The notes below the pieces were generated by a model. That model made no database searches and was not told the DNA's origin. It saw nothing but the letters and a program-made list of their open reading frames with translations. A program made the translations under genes and the position numbers. Positions 28,063 through 42,127 of a stretch of 64,000 nt of DNA are shown in pieces. Origin of the DNA: Octopus vulgaris (Eukaryota). Position 1 is the stretch's first letter, and the number at the start of each line of letters is the position of its first letter. Location of the stretch: NCBI GenBank assembly GCA_951406725.2, contig OX597824.1, forward strand, positions 8,432,001-8,496,000, written 5' to 3'.

Positions 28063-28155
<93 letters not shown>

Positions 28156-28156
28156 C

Positions 28157-28187
<31 letters not shown>

Positions 28188-28764
28188 ATGTATATACACA
28201 TAAATACACACACACACACATATATACATACATAAACATATGCATATTTATATATATATATATAGATATGTAATGATACATATATATATATGTATATATA
28301 TGTATATGTATACACACACATACACATACTCTCTCTTTCTCTCTCTCACACACATACACACACACACTACTTGCTTATTCTGGAGATAACAAGGTGGCAA
28401 CACGATGGCAATGTAAACACATTTCTTACCCCCCCACCCAACATTCTCTCATCCTCCCCCTCAACCCACCCCCATCTCACCACCACCCCTGCCTCTCTCA
28501 GGCCTCCACCCACCACCGACCCCACCCTCTGCCTCTGTTCTTAGTTGTAATCAGTAAATTTGTGTCAAAAACGAAGGCCTCATGCTTAAGCAAGGTTTTT
28601 TTTAAATATTTATTTCCATTTGTTTATTGTTTTTATAATGTTTGTTTTTTGTTTTGTCATATATTCCGTAACATGACTTTGTGTGTGTGTGTGTGTGTGT
28701 GCACGTTTGTATGAATGTTTCAGTGTGTGTGTGAGTGTGTGACTGTATGTCATTATGTGTGTGT

Positions 28765-28795
<31 letters not shown>

Positions 28796-29375
28796 CATCT
28801 GTGTGTTTACTACTTTGCAGATATATACATATGTACACATGTATGTATATGTACGTATGTATGTATATATATGCATGTGTGCATGTATGTATATGTGTGT
28901 ATGTGTATGTAAGTGTATGTGTGTATGTATGTATGTATGTGTGAGTGTATGTATGTATGTATGTATGTATGTATGTATGTATATATGTATGTGTGTATGC
29001 ATGTGTGTGTGTATATGTTTGTGTGAGTAAGTGGACAAATGGCAGAAAGAAGTGATCACATTTGGTAGGTGTTACATTTTATTATTATTATTATTATTAT
29101 CATTATTATTATTATTACACCTATTTGTCTGCAGCGAGAAATCACAAATTACTGTGAATACTTTAGGCACGACATGTGGTAAAGAGCTGGCTTCCCACCC
29201 ACATCGTGTGTGTGTTTATACACACACACACACACACACATTTGATTAGAGGTTGTGTTAACCTCATGAAGGGATGGTTTCTTCCAAGGAAATTCTCTTT
29301 AATAATAAACAGTTATTAACTTCCCAATCTCCATTTTCTTGTGCTTTTTCTCTCTTCTTTTACGTGTATATGTGT

Positions 29376-29423
<48 letters not shown>

Positions 29424-29506
29424 ATATACATACAGAAAAGTAGAACTCAGAATATGATTATAAGTACATATTTATTAATATTGATCAAAGGTAAGAAATA
29501 TATATG

Positions 29507-29547
<41 letters not shown>

Positions 29548-30116
29548 GCACACACACACACAAGCACACGCGCACCCCCCTCCTACACACACACCACACA
29601 CACACACACAGCGAAGTATGTTTGTGGTAACTTGAGCAACTACAAATAGTGGCCAAATCTCTTGTAAAACACACCCTTTCATCAAATGAAAAACACAAAT
29701 TTACAGTGTTTCAAGAAGAAAAGGAAAAAAGTATGTGATGGGTCTGCTACATCAGAAGCAACTCTTAGCTAAATGAAACACAGATAAACATAATTCACAT
29801 TAAAGGATTATCAACTAAATAATCCTTATAAAGTTGATGGTATATCTTTGAAGTTTCATTCCCCGGTAAAACTCTGTGTATTTTAAACATTTTCTCATTA
29901 TGCTCTTAGACATGAAGATTGTGGCAGCAGAGTTACATCCCTCAGCTAAAGACCTCAAAACTGTGTGACCCGACCTTGTTTTTGAGGTTATTTTTGTAGT
30001 AAAAAAAAAAACAGTTGTTGTGCAATAAACATACTTTATTTGGTAGCTGAAAGATTACTGAATCTTTTGATACTTCGTGTGTCAAAATCGGCAACGCAAT
30101 TTTCGAATCGGTAAGG

Positions 30117-30165
<49 letters not shown>

Positions 30166-30606
30166 ACTGTTTTATTATATAAGATATATCAATACGTGTA
30201 TGTGTTTTTGTGTCTATGGTTGTCCCCCACCATCACTTGACGTCAGGTATTGGCGTGTTTATGTCCCCGTAAAGTAGCGGGGACATAAATACACCAACAC
30301 CGGTGTGTTTAAAAATAAGTGCAAAGCTTAAAAAGAAAGTACTCAGGGTCGATTCCTTCGACTAAAAATCCTTCAAGTCAGTGCTCCAGCATGGCCGCAG
30401 TCTAATGACTGAAAGAAAGAAACAAAATATAGGAAATAAAGAAATAAATATAAAGAATTGGCCGTATGGTTAAGAGTACCCCAACGTTCTGGGTTCGACC
30501 CCCACTGCAATCTTTCTCGAGCAAGTTTTTTTTATTCTGCCATAGTCTCAGATTGACCAATTCCGTGTGAATCAAAATTGGTTGACTGAAACTGTGCTGA
30601 AGCCTC

Positions 30607-30638
<32 letters not shown>

Positions 30639-31153
30639 TGCACACCCACGCACCCATACGCACGTGCATGCTAATGTTTACACTGGTGGTGCTATTTATG
30701 TTGTGTCGCTTTATTCTTTGTAACTGAACAGTTCGTCAAAGAGAGTTGGATAAAATAGATAGAAGGTACGACCAAGAGCTAAGATTCACTTTAAGGAAGA
30801 GTCTTAGCACATCTTAATTATGTGCAACGCAGAAAAAAAATAACAACAAAAAACTTGCGAGTATTAATTAAAGGGAAATAACCCATCACGTTTGATTCGA
30901 AAATCCTCTCCCTTGAAAAAATTTGCAAAGTGTAATTTTACATCCATTAAGCCTGGTCGATACAGTAACACACAAAGATTGATATATATATATATACATC
31001 TCTGTCTGTCTGTCTGTCTGTCTCTGTCTGTCTCTCTCTCTGTGTTTCTGTCTGTCGGTCTCTGTCTGTCTGTCTCTCCCTGTCTGTCTGTCTCTCTCTG
31101 TCTCTCTCTCTGTCTCTCTCTCTGTCTCTCTCTCTCTCCTCCCTCTCTCTCTC

Positions 31154-31197
<44 letters not shown>

Positions 31198-31292
31198 AAG
31201 TTAATCCAAACAGAAAACAAAAAAGACAACAACGCAAAAGGTGGAACAATTAAAGTATTATTGGACGCTCAGGAAAAAAGGGAAGAAGGAGG

Positions 31293-31327
31293 GTATGACG
31301 TTTCGAGCGGAGCTCTTCGTCGGAAAC
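31293..31327 (-). ncRNA. hammerhead motif variant (CCGACGA core) in a Penelope-like remnant
   Basis: Minus strand GTTT-CCGACGA-A-GAGC(tcc)GCTC-GAAAC-GTC-ATAC. The flanks resemble the 3302-3462 arm. Confidence 0.6.
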
Positions 31328-31697
31328 ATAGGAGAAAGAAAGATCCCGAGGTGGGAGGACAGAGGGGAAAAAATGCAAGTGGTCTTCACGAGGTCAACAT
31401 ACTGGAAAGGCGAAAGTAGTAAACAAGAGAGTGTGGGTTTTCAAAGACAAGAGAGCGGAAAAAGAAGGAAGGTAAACAGGCACAGGCGTGGCTGTGTGGT
31501 AAGAAGCTTGCTTCCCGACCGCAAGGAAGCACAAACTTGAAACGCAGTTTGATTTTTTTAACCGTACAACTTCCATCATCCCACTCCAAAATTTGCCATC
31601 ACCCCTTCCTTCCTTACTCAATTACCACCCCTTCCTTTCTCATTCATATGTTGCGACGGAGAAAAACACAAGAGTATTATTATAGTAAAAGATGCAA

Positions 31698-31908
31698 AGG
31701 CGGCGAGCTGGCAGAAACGTTAGCACGCCGGGCGAAATGCTTAGCGGTATTTCGTCTGCGTTACGTTCTGAGTTCAAATTCCGCCGAGGTCGACTTTGCC
31801 TTTCATCCTTTCGGGGTCGATAAATTAAGTACCAGTTGCGTACTGGGGTCGATCTAATTGACTAGCCCCCTCCTCCACAATTTCGGGCCTTGTGCCTCGA
31901 GTAGAAAA
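31698..31908 (+). mobile_element. SINE family A with an alternative 3' tail
   Basis: Same head and core as other family A copies; tail ccccctcctccacaatttcgggccttgtgcc; imperfect TSD tattatagta(a/t)aagat. Confidence 0.8.
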
Positions 31909-31987
31909 TATTATAGTATAAGATACACTCACGCATATTTACACACACACACACACACAGACACACGCACACACATACAGACAGACA

Positions 31988-32028
<41 letters not shown>

Positions 32029-32156
32029 TGATTATGGTTCATTCTCTTCTTTATTAAAAATCAATCGATTGACCAACAAACCGACCAACTAATCAAGTGA
32101 TTGATAGATTAATTGATCGATTCATCGTCTGATGAGTGTGTGTGAGTGTGACTGAC

Positions 32157-32211
32157 CTGGGGTAGAGGTGTGTGCGTCATTGATGAGGTCAGAAATGGCG
32201 ACGAAGGAACC
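32157..32211 (-). other. candidate 55-nt internal exon
   Basis: Minus strand tttgttttgtcag|GGTTCC...CCCCAG|gtcagt. Two open frames (GSFVAISDLINDAHTSTP or VPSSPFLTSSMTHTPLPQ). Confidence 0.4.
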
Positions 32212-32984
32212 CTGACAAAACAAACAGATGGATTGCTTAAACGATTGATGGACGAATCGATTACTTCATTGGTTGGTTATTGAACCGGTCGACGAGGAAC
32301 AACGAAAGAAATGGAAGATAAGGTGTGTGTGTGTGTTTGTGTGTGTGGATGCTTGCTTGTTTGTGTTGTGTGTGCGTTCTTTAAACTTTGTTGTGCATAT
32401 ACATATACATATACAACCATACATACATACATACATATACACACACACATACACATATACAAACATACAATAGAAGAGACATACATACACACATACATAC
32501 GTACATATACACATACATACACATATACAAACATATATACATACATACATACATACAGACATACATACATACATACATACATACATACATACATACATAC
32601 ATACATACATACAAACATTCATACATGCATACACGCTTGCGCACACCCCACACATATACACATCATTTCAAAATTTTGCCATAAAGGCATAGACACAGAT
32701 ACATACATACATACTTGCATACATACATGCACGCACACATACAAACACACATACATACATACATACATTATAACGTACACACACATATATATACACACAC
32801 ATGCATGCGTGCATAGATTTATTTCTTGTCCGGTGGAAAAGGCAGAAAAGTGACGCCAGAGAGAACACGAAGGTGAAAAGAATGGTTCCGCTTGATGTGA
32901 ATGGCCGGAACATTGACCGGAGAAAGTGTAAGAGAAGGAGGGCGTGGGCGGAAAGAGAGGAAAGAAGAGAGACTAAAGAAAGCA

Positions 32985-33033
<49 letters not shown>

Positions 33034-33366
33034 GAGAAACAGAGAAAGAGAGAGAGAGAAAGAGAGAGAGAGAAAGAGAGGGGAGAAGGAGGAGCAAATG
33101 ACAAGGAGGAGAGAATCTTTCAGATACACACACACACACAAGCTGTCCCTTTGAAATACAGGTACAACAGAAACAGGAAGAAAGAGCGAGAGAAAGTTCT
33201 GGTGAAAAAGAACATGACCCTAACAAACTTCATACAGTTCTTAGAAGTGTAGTATGTTTTGAGCTACATTGGTAGCAACATGGACTTTTCCCCTCTTCTT
33301 GCTCTATTAGAGAATTTGAGTAAAACTATATTAGTGTGTGCAACAGATTAAAAGTTCTACTTGTTT

Positions 33367-33454
33367 ATGCAGCTGATGATAGCCCTACATTGAAATTAAT
33401 GTAATGATTGCATTGTTCAATTAAATGGAGTTGCTTGAAACGGTCGTACTGAAT
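33367..33454 (+). ncRNA. hammerhead motif with extended stem II
   Basis: ATGCAG-CTGATGA-tAGC...(internal hairpin)...GCTt-GAAAC-GGTC-GTA-CTGAAT; followed by (TA)n. Confidence 0.55.
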
Positions 33455-33493
33455 CATCGATTGATATCTTGTGGCCTATTTTAATTTTATACG

Positions 33494-33585
<92 letters not shown>

Positions 33586-33661
33586 ATATATATATATAAA
33601 CATATATATATATATGTATGTATATATATATGTATGTATATATATATATATATATATAAAC

Positions 33662-33739
<78 letters not shown>

Positions 33740-34224
33740 ATATATATATATATATGTATATATTTCAACAATTGAGGGTAAAATTAATTAATTATTAATC
33801 AATTTCACCAAGTATTCAGTATGCAAAGGGACCATTTAAGGCGAATTCAAATTATTACATTATATAAAAGGGCTTAGTAAAATAAATTACTTTGCCACAT
33901 ACTGAACTCATTAGAAATAGCAGCTAAAAAAAATTTTTTTTTAAACTATTTCTAATACTTAAAGAAAATCTCTCTCATATAGTGTTTTCTCAATTCAACT
34001 CACGAAAGTATGGGGGTAAAGACATTAAAAAATCAAATGCATATGTATATATATATATATATGTATGTATATATATATATATATATATAAACATATATAT
34101 ATATATGTATGTATATATATATATATATAACATATATATATATATGTATGTATATATATATATATATAAACATATATATATATATGTATGTATATATATA
34201 TATATAAACATATATATATATATG

Positions 34225-34337
<113 letters not shown>

Positions 34338-34829
34338 ATGTATGTATGTATGTATGTATGTATGTATGTATATGCGTGTATGTATTTGTGTATCTTTGCG
34401 TTTGTCTCCCCATCTCTTGGCCACTATTGGTGGTTTATTTACGCGTGCGCACGCATTTAGACACACAGACACACAACAACACAGATTTCTGGCTCTTCCC
34501 CCCCCGTCTTACCTAATCGTTCGTTATTTCACTCCCATTCCTATCGTCGTGTTACCTTTTAATCCCATTCTTTTCCTAAAACACAAAGCCTCCTGTGTCC
34601 ATAAACACACAAGGTCTTATATTAAATACAGTGAGAGAAATGAATAACGAATGCGTGTTGCGAGAATCCACATCTTCCTAAAGCGAAGCATTCATTCAGT
34701 TCGAATATCCTTTCCACATTTTGATCGGATTTGTAGCAAAGTTGCATGGTGTAAGGGACATAATTCATCCCTTGACTAGAGAGTTATTTCCCTTGCTTTA
34801 TTTTAATTTTTTCCCCCCTTACTCTCTCT

Positions 34830-35244
34830 TACTCTCTTTTACAGGTTTCAGTAATTTGATGGTGGCCATGCTGGAGCACCGCCTTTAGTCGAGCAAATCG
34901 ACCCCAGGACTTATTCTTTGTAAGACTAGTACTTATTCTATCGGTCTCTTTTGCCGAACCGCTAATTTACCGGGACGTAAACACACCAGCATCGGTTGTA
35001 AGGTGATGTTGGAGGACAAACACAGACACACAAACATATACATACAAACATATCCACACACATACATATATACATATATGTGACGGGCTTCTTTCAGTGT
35101 CCGTCTACCAAATCCACTCACAGGGCTTTGGTCGGCCCGAGGCTATAGCAGAAGACAATTGCCCAAGGTGCCACGCAGTGGGACTGAACCCGGAACCATG
35201 TGGTTAGGAAGCAAGCTACTTACCACACAGCCACTCCCGCGCCT
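34830..35244 (-). mobile_element. SINE family B, full length
   Basis: Reverse complement of 43013-43397. Confidence 0.85.
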
Positions 35245-35487
35245 ATTATAATACATACACGTATAAACATACAGACATGTGTATGTGAGCACGTGATCGA
35301 CCAGCTTATCGGATGTTGTTAGACATCGCTAGTTACAATGCGCTTTGCGTCGCAAGGTCATCCGTTTACCGCTGAGTGAACTGCAGCAAGGTGAAACGGA
35401 GTGTTTTGTTCAAGGACTTAACACGCTACCCGTCGTATATGGATACATCTGTGTGTGTGTGTGTGTCTTGGTATCTGTGTTTGCCAA

Positions 35488-35719
35488 GGCGGCGAGCTGG
35501 CAGAGACGTTAGCACGCCGGGCGAAATGCTTAGTGGTATTTCGTCTGCCGTTACGTTCTGAGTTCAAATTCCGCCGAGGACGACTTTGCCTTTCATCCTT
35601 TCGGGGTCGATTAAATAAGTACCAGTTACGCACTGGGGTCGATATAATCGACTTAATCCGTTTGTCTGTCCTTGTTTGTCCCCTCTGTGTTTAACCCTTT
35701 GTTGGGTAGTAAAGAAATA
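35488..35719 (+). mobile_element. SINE family A with perfect 18-bp TSD
   Basis: TSD ggtatctgtgtttgccaa at 35470-35487 and 35720-35737; A-box-like and B-box-like (GAGTTCAAATTCC) head. Confidence 0.9.
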
Positions 35720-35910
35720 GGTATCTGTGTTTGCCAATCACCACTGCTTGACAACTGGGGGATGGTGTTTTTAGGTCCCCAGAACCTAGTGGTTCGGCAA
35801 TATAGACCGATAGAATAAGTCAGGCTGAAAAAAAAGTCCTGGGTTCGGGTAAAAAAAACTTTTAGATGCAGTGCCCCAGCATGGCCGCAGTTAAATCACT
35901 GAACCAAGTA

Positions 35911-35919
35911 AAATAAAAA
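35911..35919 (-). terminator. Pol III oligo-dT terminator for tRNA-Gly copy 1
   Basis: TTTTTATTT on the minus strand, 8 nt after the tRNA 3' end. Confidence 0.6.
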
Positions 35920-35927
35920 CTCTCGCC

Positions 35928-35999
35928 TGCGTCGGCCGGGAGTCGAACCCGGATCGACTGCTTGGAAGGCAACCATGCTAACCGTTACACCACCAACGC
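35928..35999 (-). tRNA. trnG-TCC: tRNA-Gly (anticodon TCC)
   Basis: Minus strand GCGTTGGTGGTGTAACGGTTAGCATGGTTGCCTTCCAAGCAGTCGATCCGGGTTCGACTCCCGGCCGACGCA; 72 nt, folds as a cloverleaf, typical metazoan Gly-TCC sequence. Confidence 0.95.
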
Positions 36000-36234
36000 T
36001 GACACGCTTATTTATAGATATGTATGGATATATATTTATGTTTATAAACATTGGTTCAGGTAAAAAACCTTTTCGATGCAGTGCCCCAGCATGGCCGCAG
36101 ATGAATCACTGAAACAAGTAAAATATACATATGTATATTGAGATTTATATATTCTTTTATTAGTTTCATTCACTTGGCTCCGGCCATGTTGGAGCACTGC
36201 TTTGAGAAAAAAAAAAAAAAAAAAAGCTATCGCC

Positions 36235-36306
36235 TGCGTCGGCCGGGAGTCGAACCCGGATCGACTGCTTGGAAGGCAACCATGCTAACCGTTACACCAC
36301 CGACGC
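36235..36306 (-). tRNA. trnG-TCC: tRNA-Gly (anticodon TCC), second copy
   Basis: Identical to copy 1 except T5C, which gives a C-G pair in the acceptor stem. Followed on the minus strand by a long T run (about 36207-36225). Confidence 0.95.
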
Positions 36307-36443
36307 TGACAAGGCTTGACTACATATATGTATGTATATATATTTATGTTTGTAAACATTAAGCTGTGGGAAGTAAGAAGGAAACGCCCACCCCACCACC
36401 ACTGTCACGTGCGGAGCGAAACGCACACACGCACACACCCACA

Positions 36444-36498
<55 letters not shown>

Positions 36499-36628
36499 AT
36501 TTAATCCCATTACCATTGAAATCCATTCTCTGGTTTAGGTCAATGATCTAAGTGAAATTTTCTCCCTTTGCAGTACTTGGAGAGTAGATTTGGTACCGCT
36601 TCCTCAGATACACACGCACACACTTACG

Positions 36629-36681
<53 letters not shown>

Positions 36682-37182
36682 ACACGCACGCACACACACA
36701 CACACACACGTACACACTCACGCACAATCACACGCACGCGCACACACAAAAGTACATACACATACACACATACGCACACACATAGACACACTGACAAACA
36801 TACACAGACACACACGCATTTACAAGTACACAAGCACATACACACACACACACACACTAACACAAGCATACACACTCCCATATTCAACAAACACACACAC
36901 ACACTCACACACATCCACATACACAACAAACACACACACATAGGCACTCACAATTACACGCACGTGCACACACACACTCACATACACACAATACACACAA
37001 ACGCGTACACACACTAACACATATACACACACATACACACACAGACACGCACAGACTTGCACACATACACACACATTGACACGGTCACATATAGGCGTAC
37101 ATGTACACATGCATACGCTTTACTATCTGTCTCTCATAAACACAGGCATGTACACACACCCACCCACGTATGGACACATACA

Positions 37183-37216
<34 letters not shown>

Positions 37217-37278
37217 CATACATAGATAGATAGATAGATACATACATACATACATACATACATACATACATACATACA

Positions 37279-37312
<34 letters not shown>

Positions 37313-38149
37313 CATACATAGATAGATAGATAGATAGATAGATACATACATACATACATACATACATACATACATACATACATACATACATACACACGTA
37401 CTTACATACATACATACACACGTACTTACATAGATACATACACACGTACTTACCACACGGATATACAAATGCACGCACAAGCGTCCCCGCACGAGCAGAT
37501 TCACACACATACACACGCACTCGCACAGACAGGCAAGCACACGCACACACAGAGGCACACTCACACACACACAGGCACACTCACACACACACAGGCGCAC
37601 TCACACACACAGGCACACTCACACACACGTACAGACAAATACATACACACACGCACACACACTCACGACAAAACACACACACACACACATACACACACAC
37701 TCACGACAAAACACACACATAACAAAGACACACACACACACACACAACGAAGGCATTCTTCTGAAATACAAATTTCATTGATTCCATCCCGACCATTTCT
37801 TTTAATAACGGAACGAATTTGGATCTCTTTGAAGATTTTCTTTCAATTTTCTTTCATCAAATGTGATTTCTAAAGCATGGCCGCGTGGTTAAGAAGGTCG
37901 CTTAACAACATTTTAATTCCCAGGTTCAATCTCACTACACAGCACCTTTTGTATGTGTCTTGTATCATAACTTCGGATCGACCCAAGTTGTGTGAGTGAA
38001 ATTTGCTTGACGGAAACTAGCGAAGACAACGAAAAAAGGTTAATGCCTTCATAGGTTTTTGATGAATTCATTGGAGTCCGCTTCGTTGCCTGTGTCCAAG
38101 CTAGGTTTCCAAGTTGATGATTTCTTCACGTCTTCCTTCTAGTTTTAGG

Positions 38150-38636
38150 CCTGGTCTAGCCTGATCTGATTTTGCCTGGTCTGGTCCGTTTGGTTTTGTC
38201 TGGTCTGGTCCAGTTTCGTCTGGTGTGGTTGGATTTGATCTGGTCGTTTGATTTGATCTTGTGTGGTCTGGTCTGATCCGATCCGGTCCGGTCTGGTGTG
38301 TCTGGCCTGGTCCTGTTTTGTCCGGTCTTGTCCTGTTTGGTCTCATCTGGTCCTGTTTTGTCGGTGACCGGTAATAAAGTCACAGGCAAAAAGTCACAAT
38401 TAATTTATGGGATCCGGACAAAACCAGGACAAAACCAGGACAAAACCCCCTCGGATAAAACCGTCCCGGACAAAACACCGGTAACGTTTTTTTTCTGTGA
38501 CTTAATTACCTGGATTCGTTTTGTCTGGTCGTGTCCTCTTTGATCTGGTCTGTTTGGTCTGATCCAGTTTGGTCTGGTATGGTCCTGTTTTGTCTGGTCT
38601 CTGTCCAATCCCATCCGGTCTGGTGTGGTCTGGTTC
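38150..38636. repeat. degenerate (CTGGT)n pentanucleotide satellite
   Basis: Read directly; interrupted by the element at 38363-38517. Confidence 0.8.
38363..38517. mobile_element. 155-bp MITE-like element with 8-bp TSD
   Basis: TSD gttttgtc at 38355-38362 and 38518-38525; subterminal IR ggtaataaagtcacag / ctgtgacttaattacc; internal ggacaaaacc repeats. Confidence 0.65.
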
Positions 38637-38639
38637 TAG

Positions 38640-39536
38640 TCGACCCTAGTGCTTGACTGCTATATATTTTTTTCGACCCCGAAAAATATGAAAAGTGGAG
38701 CCGATCTCAGCGGTATTTGATTACATGACATAAAGGAACGGAATAAATGTTGCTAAGTATTTGGTCCGGCGGGGTAACGATTCAGCCATTCCACCGTCTA
38801 TTCAATTTTATTTCCACTCTAGGCACAAGGCCTTGAAAATTTTTGGGGAAGGGGGCCATCCGATTACTTCAACCCCAGTGCGTGACTGGTACTTATTTCA
38901 TTGACCCCGAAAGGATGAAAGGCGAAGTCGACCTTGGCAGAATTTGAACTCAGAACGTAAAGACAGACAAAATACCGCTAAGCTTTGCTTCCGGCGTGCT
39001 AACGTTTCTTATTTATTTATTACCCACAAGGAGATAAACATAGAGGGGACAAACAAGGACAGACAAAGGGATTAAGTCGATTACATCGACCCCAGTGCGT
39101 AACTGGTACTTATTTAATCGACCCCGAAAGGATGAAAGGCAAAGTCGACCTCGGCGGAATTTGAACTCAGAATGTAACGGCTGACGAAATACCTATTTCT
39201 TTACTACCCACACATATACGACGAGCTTCTTTCAGTTTCCCTCAACCAAATCCACTCACAAGGGCTAAGAAAATCTAAATTTATCTTATATAGTGGCGTT
39301 TTCAAACTTCTTTTTTACAAATATATACTCACTCGTATACGATCTACACTTATTATAAATATATATATATATATATATACAATGGGCTTCTTTCAGTTTC
39401 CGCCTACCAAACCCACTCACAAGGCTTTGGTCGGCCCGAGGCCATAATAGAAGACACTTACCGAAGGTGCCACGCAGTGGGACTGAACTCGGAACCATGT
39501 GGTTGGGAAGCAAACTTCTTAACCACACAGCCACGC
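38640..39536 (-). mobile_element. cluster of SINE family A pieces followed by a SINE family B head
   Basis: Family A cores near 38905 and 39120; family B head at about 39380-39536. Confidence 0.75.
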
Positions 39537-39679
39537 TCAAAAGAAAAAAAACAACAAAACAAAACAAACAAAAAAAAAACCCCAAGAAACAAAAGAAAAA
39601 AAAGGAAAAAATAAAAACCGGCCGTAACATAAGCAGAAGCAACAACAACAACAACCACAACAACAAGAACAACGACATC

Positions 39680-40290
39680 AACAATGGCGGCCATACGTTT
39701 TGATAAAGAAACCACTTTGAATGGCGACCGACCTTACAGCTTGGTCCATTTCTGTTCTTTTGTTCGGGAAACAGTCTTTGTACAACAACCGACCCCTTTT
39801 ATTGGCATCGTGTCAACTGCACTTAGCCAGTCTCACCACACCTGTTATTCCCCCCCCCCTCTCCCCCTCCCTCCCCTCCCACCGCTCTCTTTTCTGACTC
39901 TCTACCAATTTTACCGCCGTCGATGTGATGGAACCCACCGACCAAACCATTTCGTTTCTGGTGAAATTCCATGTTTTTTTTCTTCTCTCTTTTTTATGGA
40001 TTTCTCTCTTTTAATTATTAACCTTTTCAATTCAACTTTGAGCGGGCGAAACATCAAGTCCCGCCCCGCCAGGTCCCGTCCCGCCCTCTCCCGCTCAATG
40101 CCCCGCCCTCGTCCCGCCCTCACCCGCCCTCGTCACGCCCCCTTTCCTCTCTTCTCTCCCTCCACTACTCCTCCCACCCCCCCCACCCGTTCATTCACTA
40201 TCGACCAACAAAGGAAGGTCTGGACATCCGGGCGGATCACAGATCAGCGCCACATCACTTGCCTCTCTTTAGCTTATTACGCAGGTTTAG
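39680..40290. promoter_or_regulatory. CpG/GC-box-rich putative (bidirectional) promoter
   Basis: About five CCGCCC boxes at 40060-40130, YY1-like AATGGCGGCCAT at 39683, Inr-like TCATTC at 40191. Donor-like sites face outwards: plus strand GCAG|gtttag at 40284, minus strand AGCT|gtaagg at 39738. Confidence 0.5.
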
Positions 40291-40388
40291 CTCTCTGTCT
40301 GTTTGTCTGTCTGTTTGTCTCTACCTCCCTCTCTCTCTCGCTCTGTCTTTCAGTTAGTCTTTCTCTCCCACTGTCTTTCTGTCTCGCC

Positions 40389-40586
<198 letters not shown>

Positions 40587-40630
40587 TCCTGTCTGTTTCT
40601 CTCTCTCTGTTTTTTCTTTTTCGCTCTGCC

Positions 40631-40672
<42 letters not shown>

Positions 40673-40719
40673 CATCTTCCTGTCTGTTTCTCTCGGATCG
40701 ACCCATTCCTATGCGGTAA

Positions 40720-41280
40720 AGTATGCAGATACCATCCGGATGGCTTATCCCTGTAATGGAGAAAATGTTTAGCAACTGCAGTCCTGCTATAATTTCTAAC
40801 TTTATAAAAACCACAACAAACGGTTTGGTTGACGCAGATTATGCAAGGTCGGGGTTTAAAATCTGTTGTCATTTTTACTGCCGTAGTTTCACTATTCTGT
40901 GTACTATCGCTCTGCGAGCTTTGTCGTCTGTCCAGAATCGATTCTATCATTTTGCCTTCATCTTGTAATGCCATCATGATTTCACAGATTGTACTTCTCG
41001 AAACATTAAACAACTCAGAAGTTTTGATGATTGAAACTCCAGCCATCCGCGCCCCCCACCCAAATTTGTCCTCTTTGGAAATCAGATACGCCACGCGTTT
41101 TAAATTAATTGAAAAATATATAAATCTGCCAAAAAAAAAAAAAGGCATTCATAATGAATGTGAACACACAGACACATATAGAAACTAATGCAGTTTTAAA
41201 TTTGTCATATTGCCAATAAAAGAAAAACTGTTAAATAAATGAAAAGTTGTGTTTCCATTATTTTGTCCGGCCCCTCTGTC
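40720..41280 (-). pseudogene. Tc1-like transposase N-terminal remnant
   Basis: GARMAGVSIIKTSELFNVSRSTICEIM resembles the Tc1 HTH region; the right end ttttgtccggcccctctgt resembles a Tc1 TIR. Confidence 0.55.
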
Positions 41281-41289
41281 CCTCCCCAC

Positions 41290-41437
<148 letters not shown>

Positions 41438-41579
41438 CCTGTCTGTCTGTCTGTCTGTCTGTGTGTCTGTCTGTCTTTGTGTCTGTCTGTCTGTCTGTCT
41501 GTATGTATGTATGTATGTGTCAGTGAAGAGAGAAAGGGAAGGCGAGAGAGTGAGAAGTGTGTAAGTGAATGTAAGCATG

Positions 41580-41754
<175 letters not shown>

Positions 41755-42049
41755 CAATAATAATAAAGGGTAAAATTAATTAATCAATTAATAATTAATA
41801 ATTAATAATTTTACCAAGTAGTTCGATATGTTAAAAGAACCATTATCGGTAACCTTATAGAAAAATTCTATAATCATAACCATAATCATATTTAGGGTTC
41901 ATCAAAAATTGCTTCACCACATACTGAAATTTAGAAATAGCAGTTAAATACTATTCCACTACCATAAGATATCTCCCAGATAGCAATACTCTACAACTCA
42001 CGCAGGTAAAGTGAAAAAAAAAATAAAGAATCCACCTGGCTTTGATTAA

Positions 42050-42127
42050 CTATATACGCGTTTCTGGGTTAAAGAGATGTAAAAAGCTGTAAAATCATAT
42101 TTCTACTCACTCCCGTTTTCAGTATAG
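42050..42127 (-). ncRNA. degenerate hammerhead motif with long stem II
   Basis: Minus strand CTATA-CTGAAAA-CGGG...CCC-A-GAAAC-GC-GTA-TATAG. Stem I is perfect but core G8 is replaced by A. Confidence 0.45.

Noticed and set aside
25111-32211. In-frame TGA (D-K-*-G-C) when joining candidate minus-strand exons, suggesting selenocysteine or readthrough
   Set aside because: The exon join is hypothetical, the motif is not UxxC, and no SECIS or homology is evident.
33373-33452. C/D box snoRNA (TGATGA ... CTGA)
   Set aside because: No terminal stem or recognisable rRNA guide; the hammerhead arrangement explains the same bases better.
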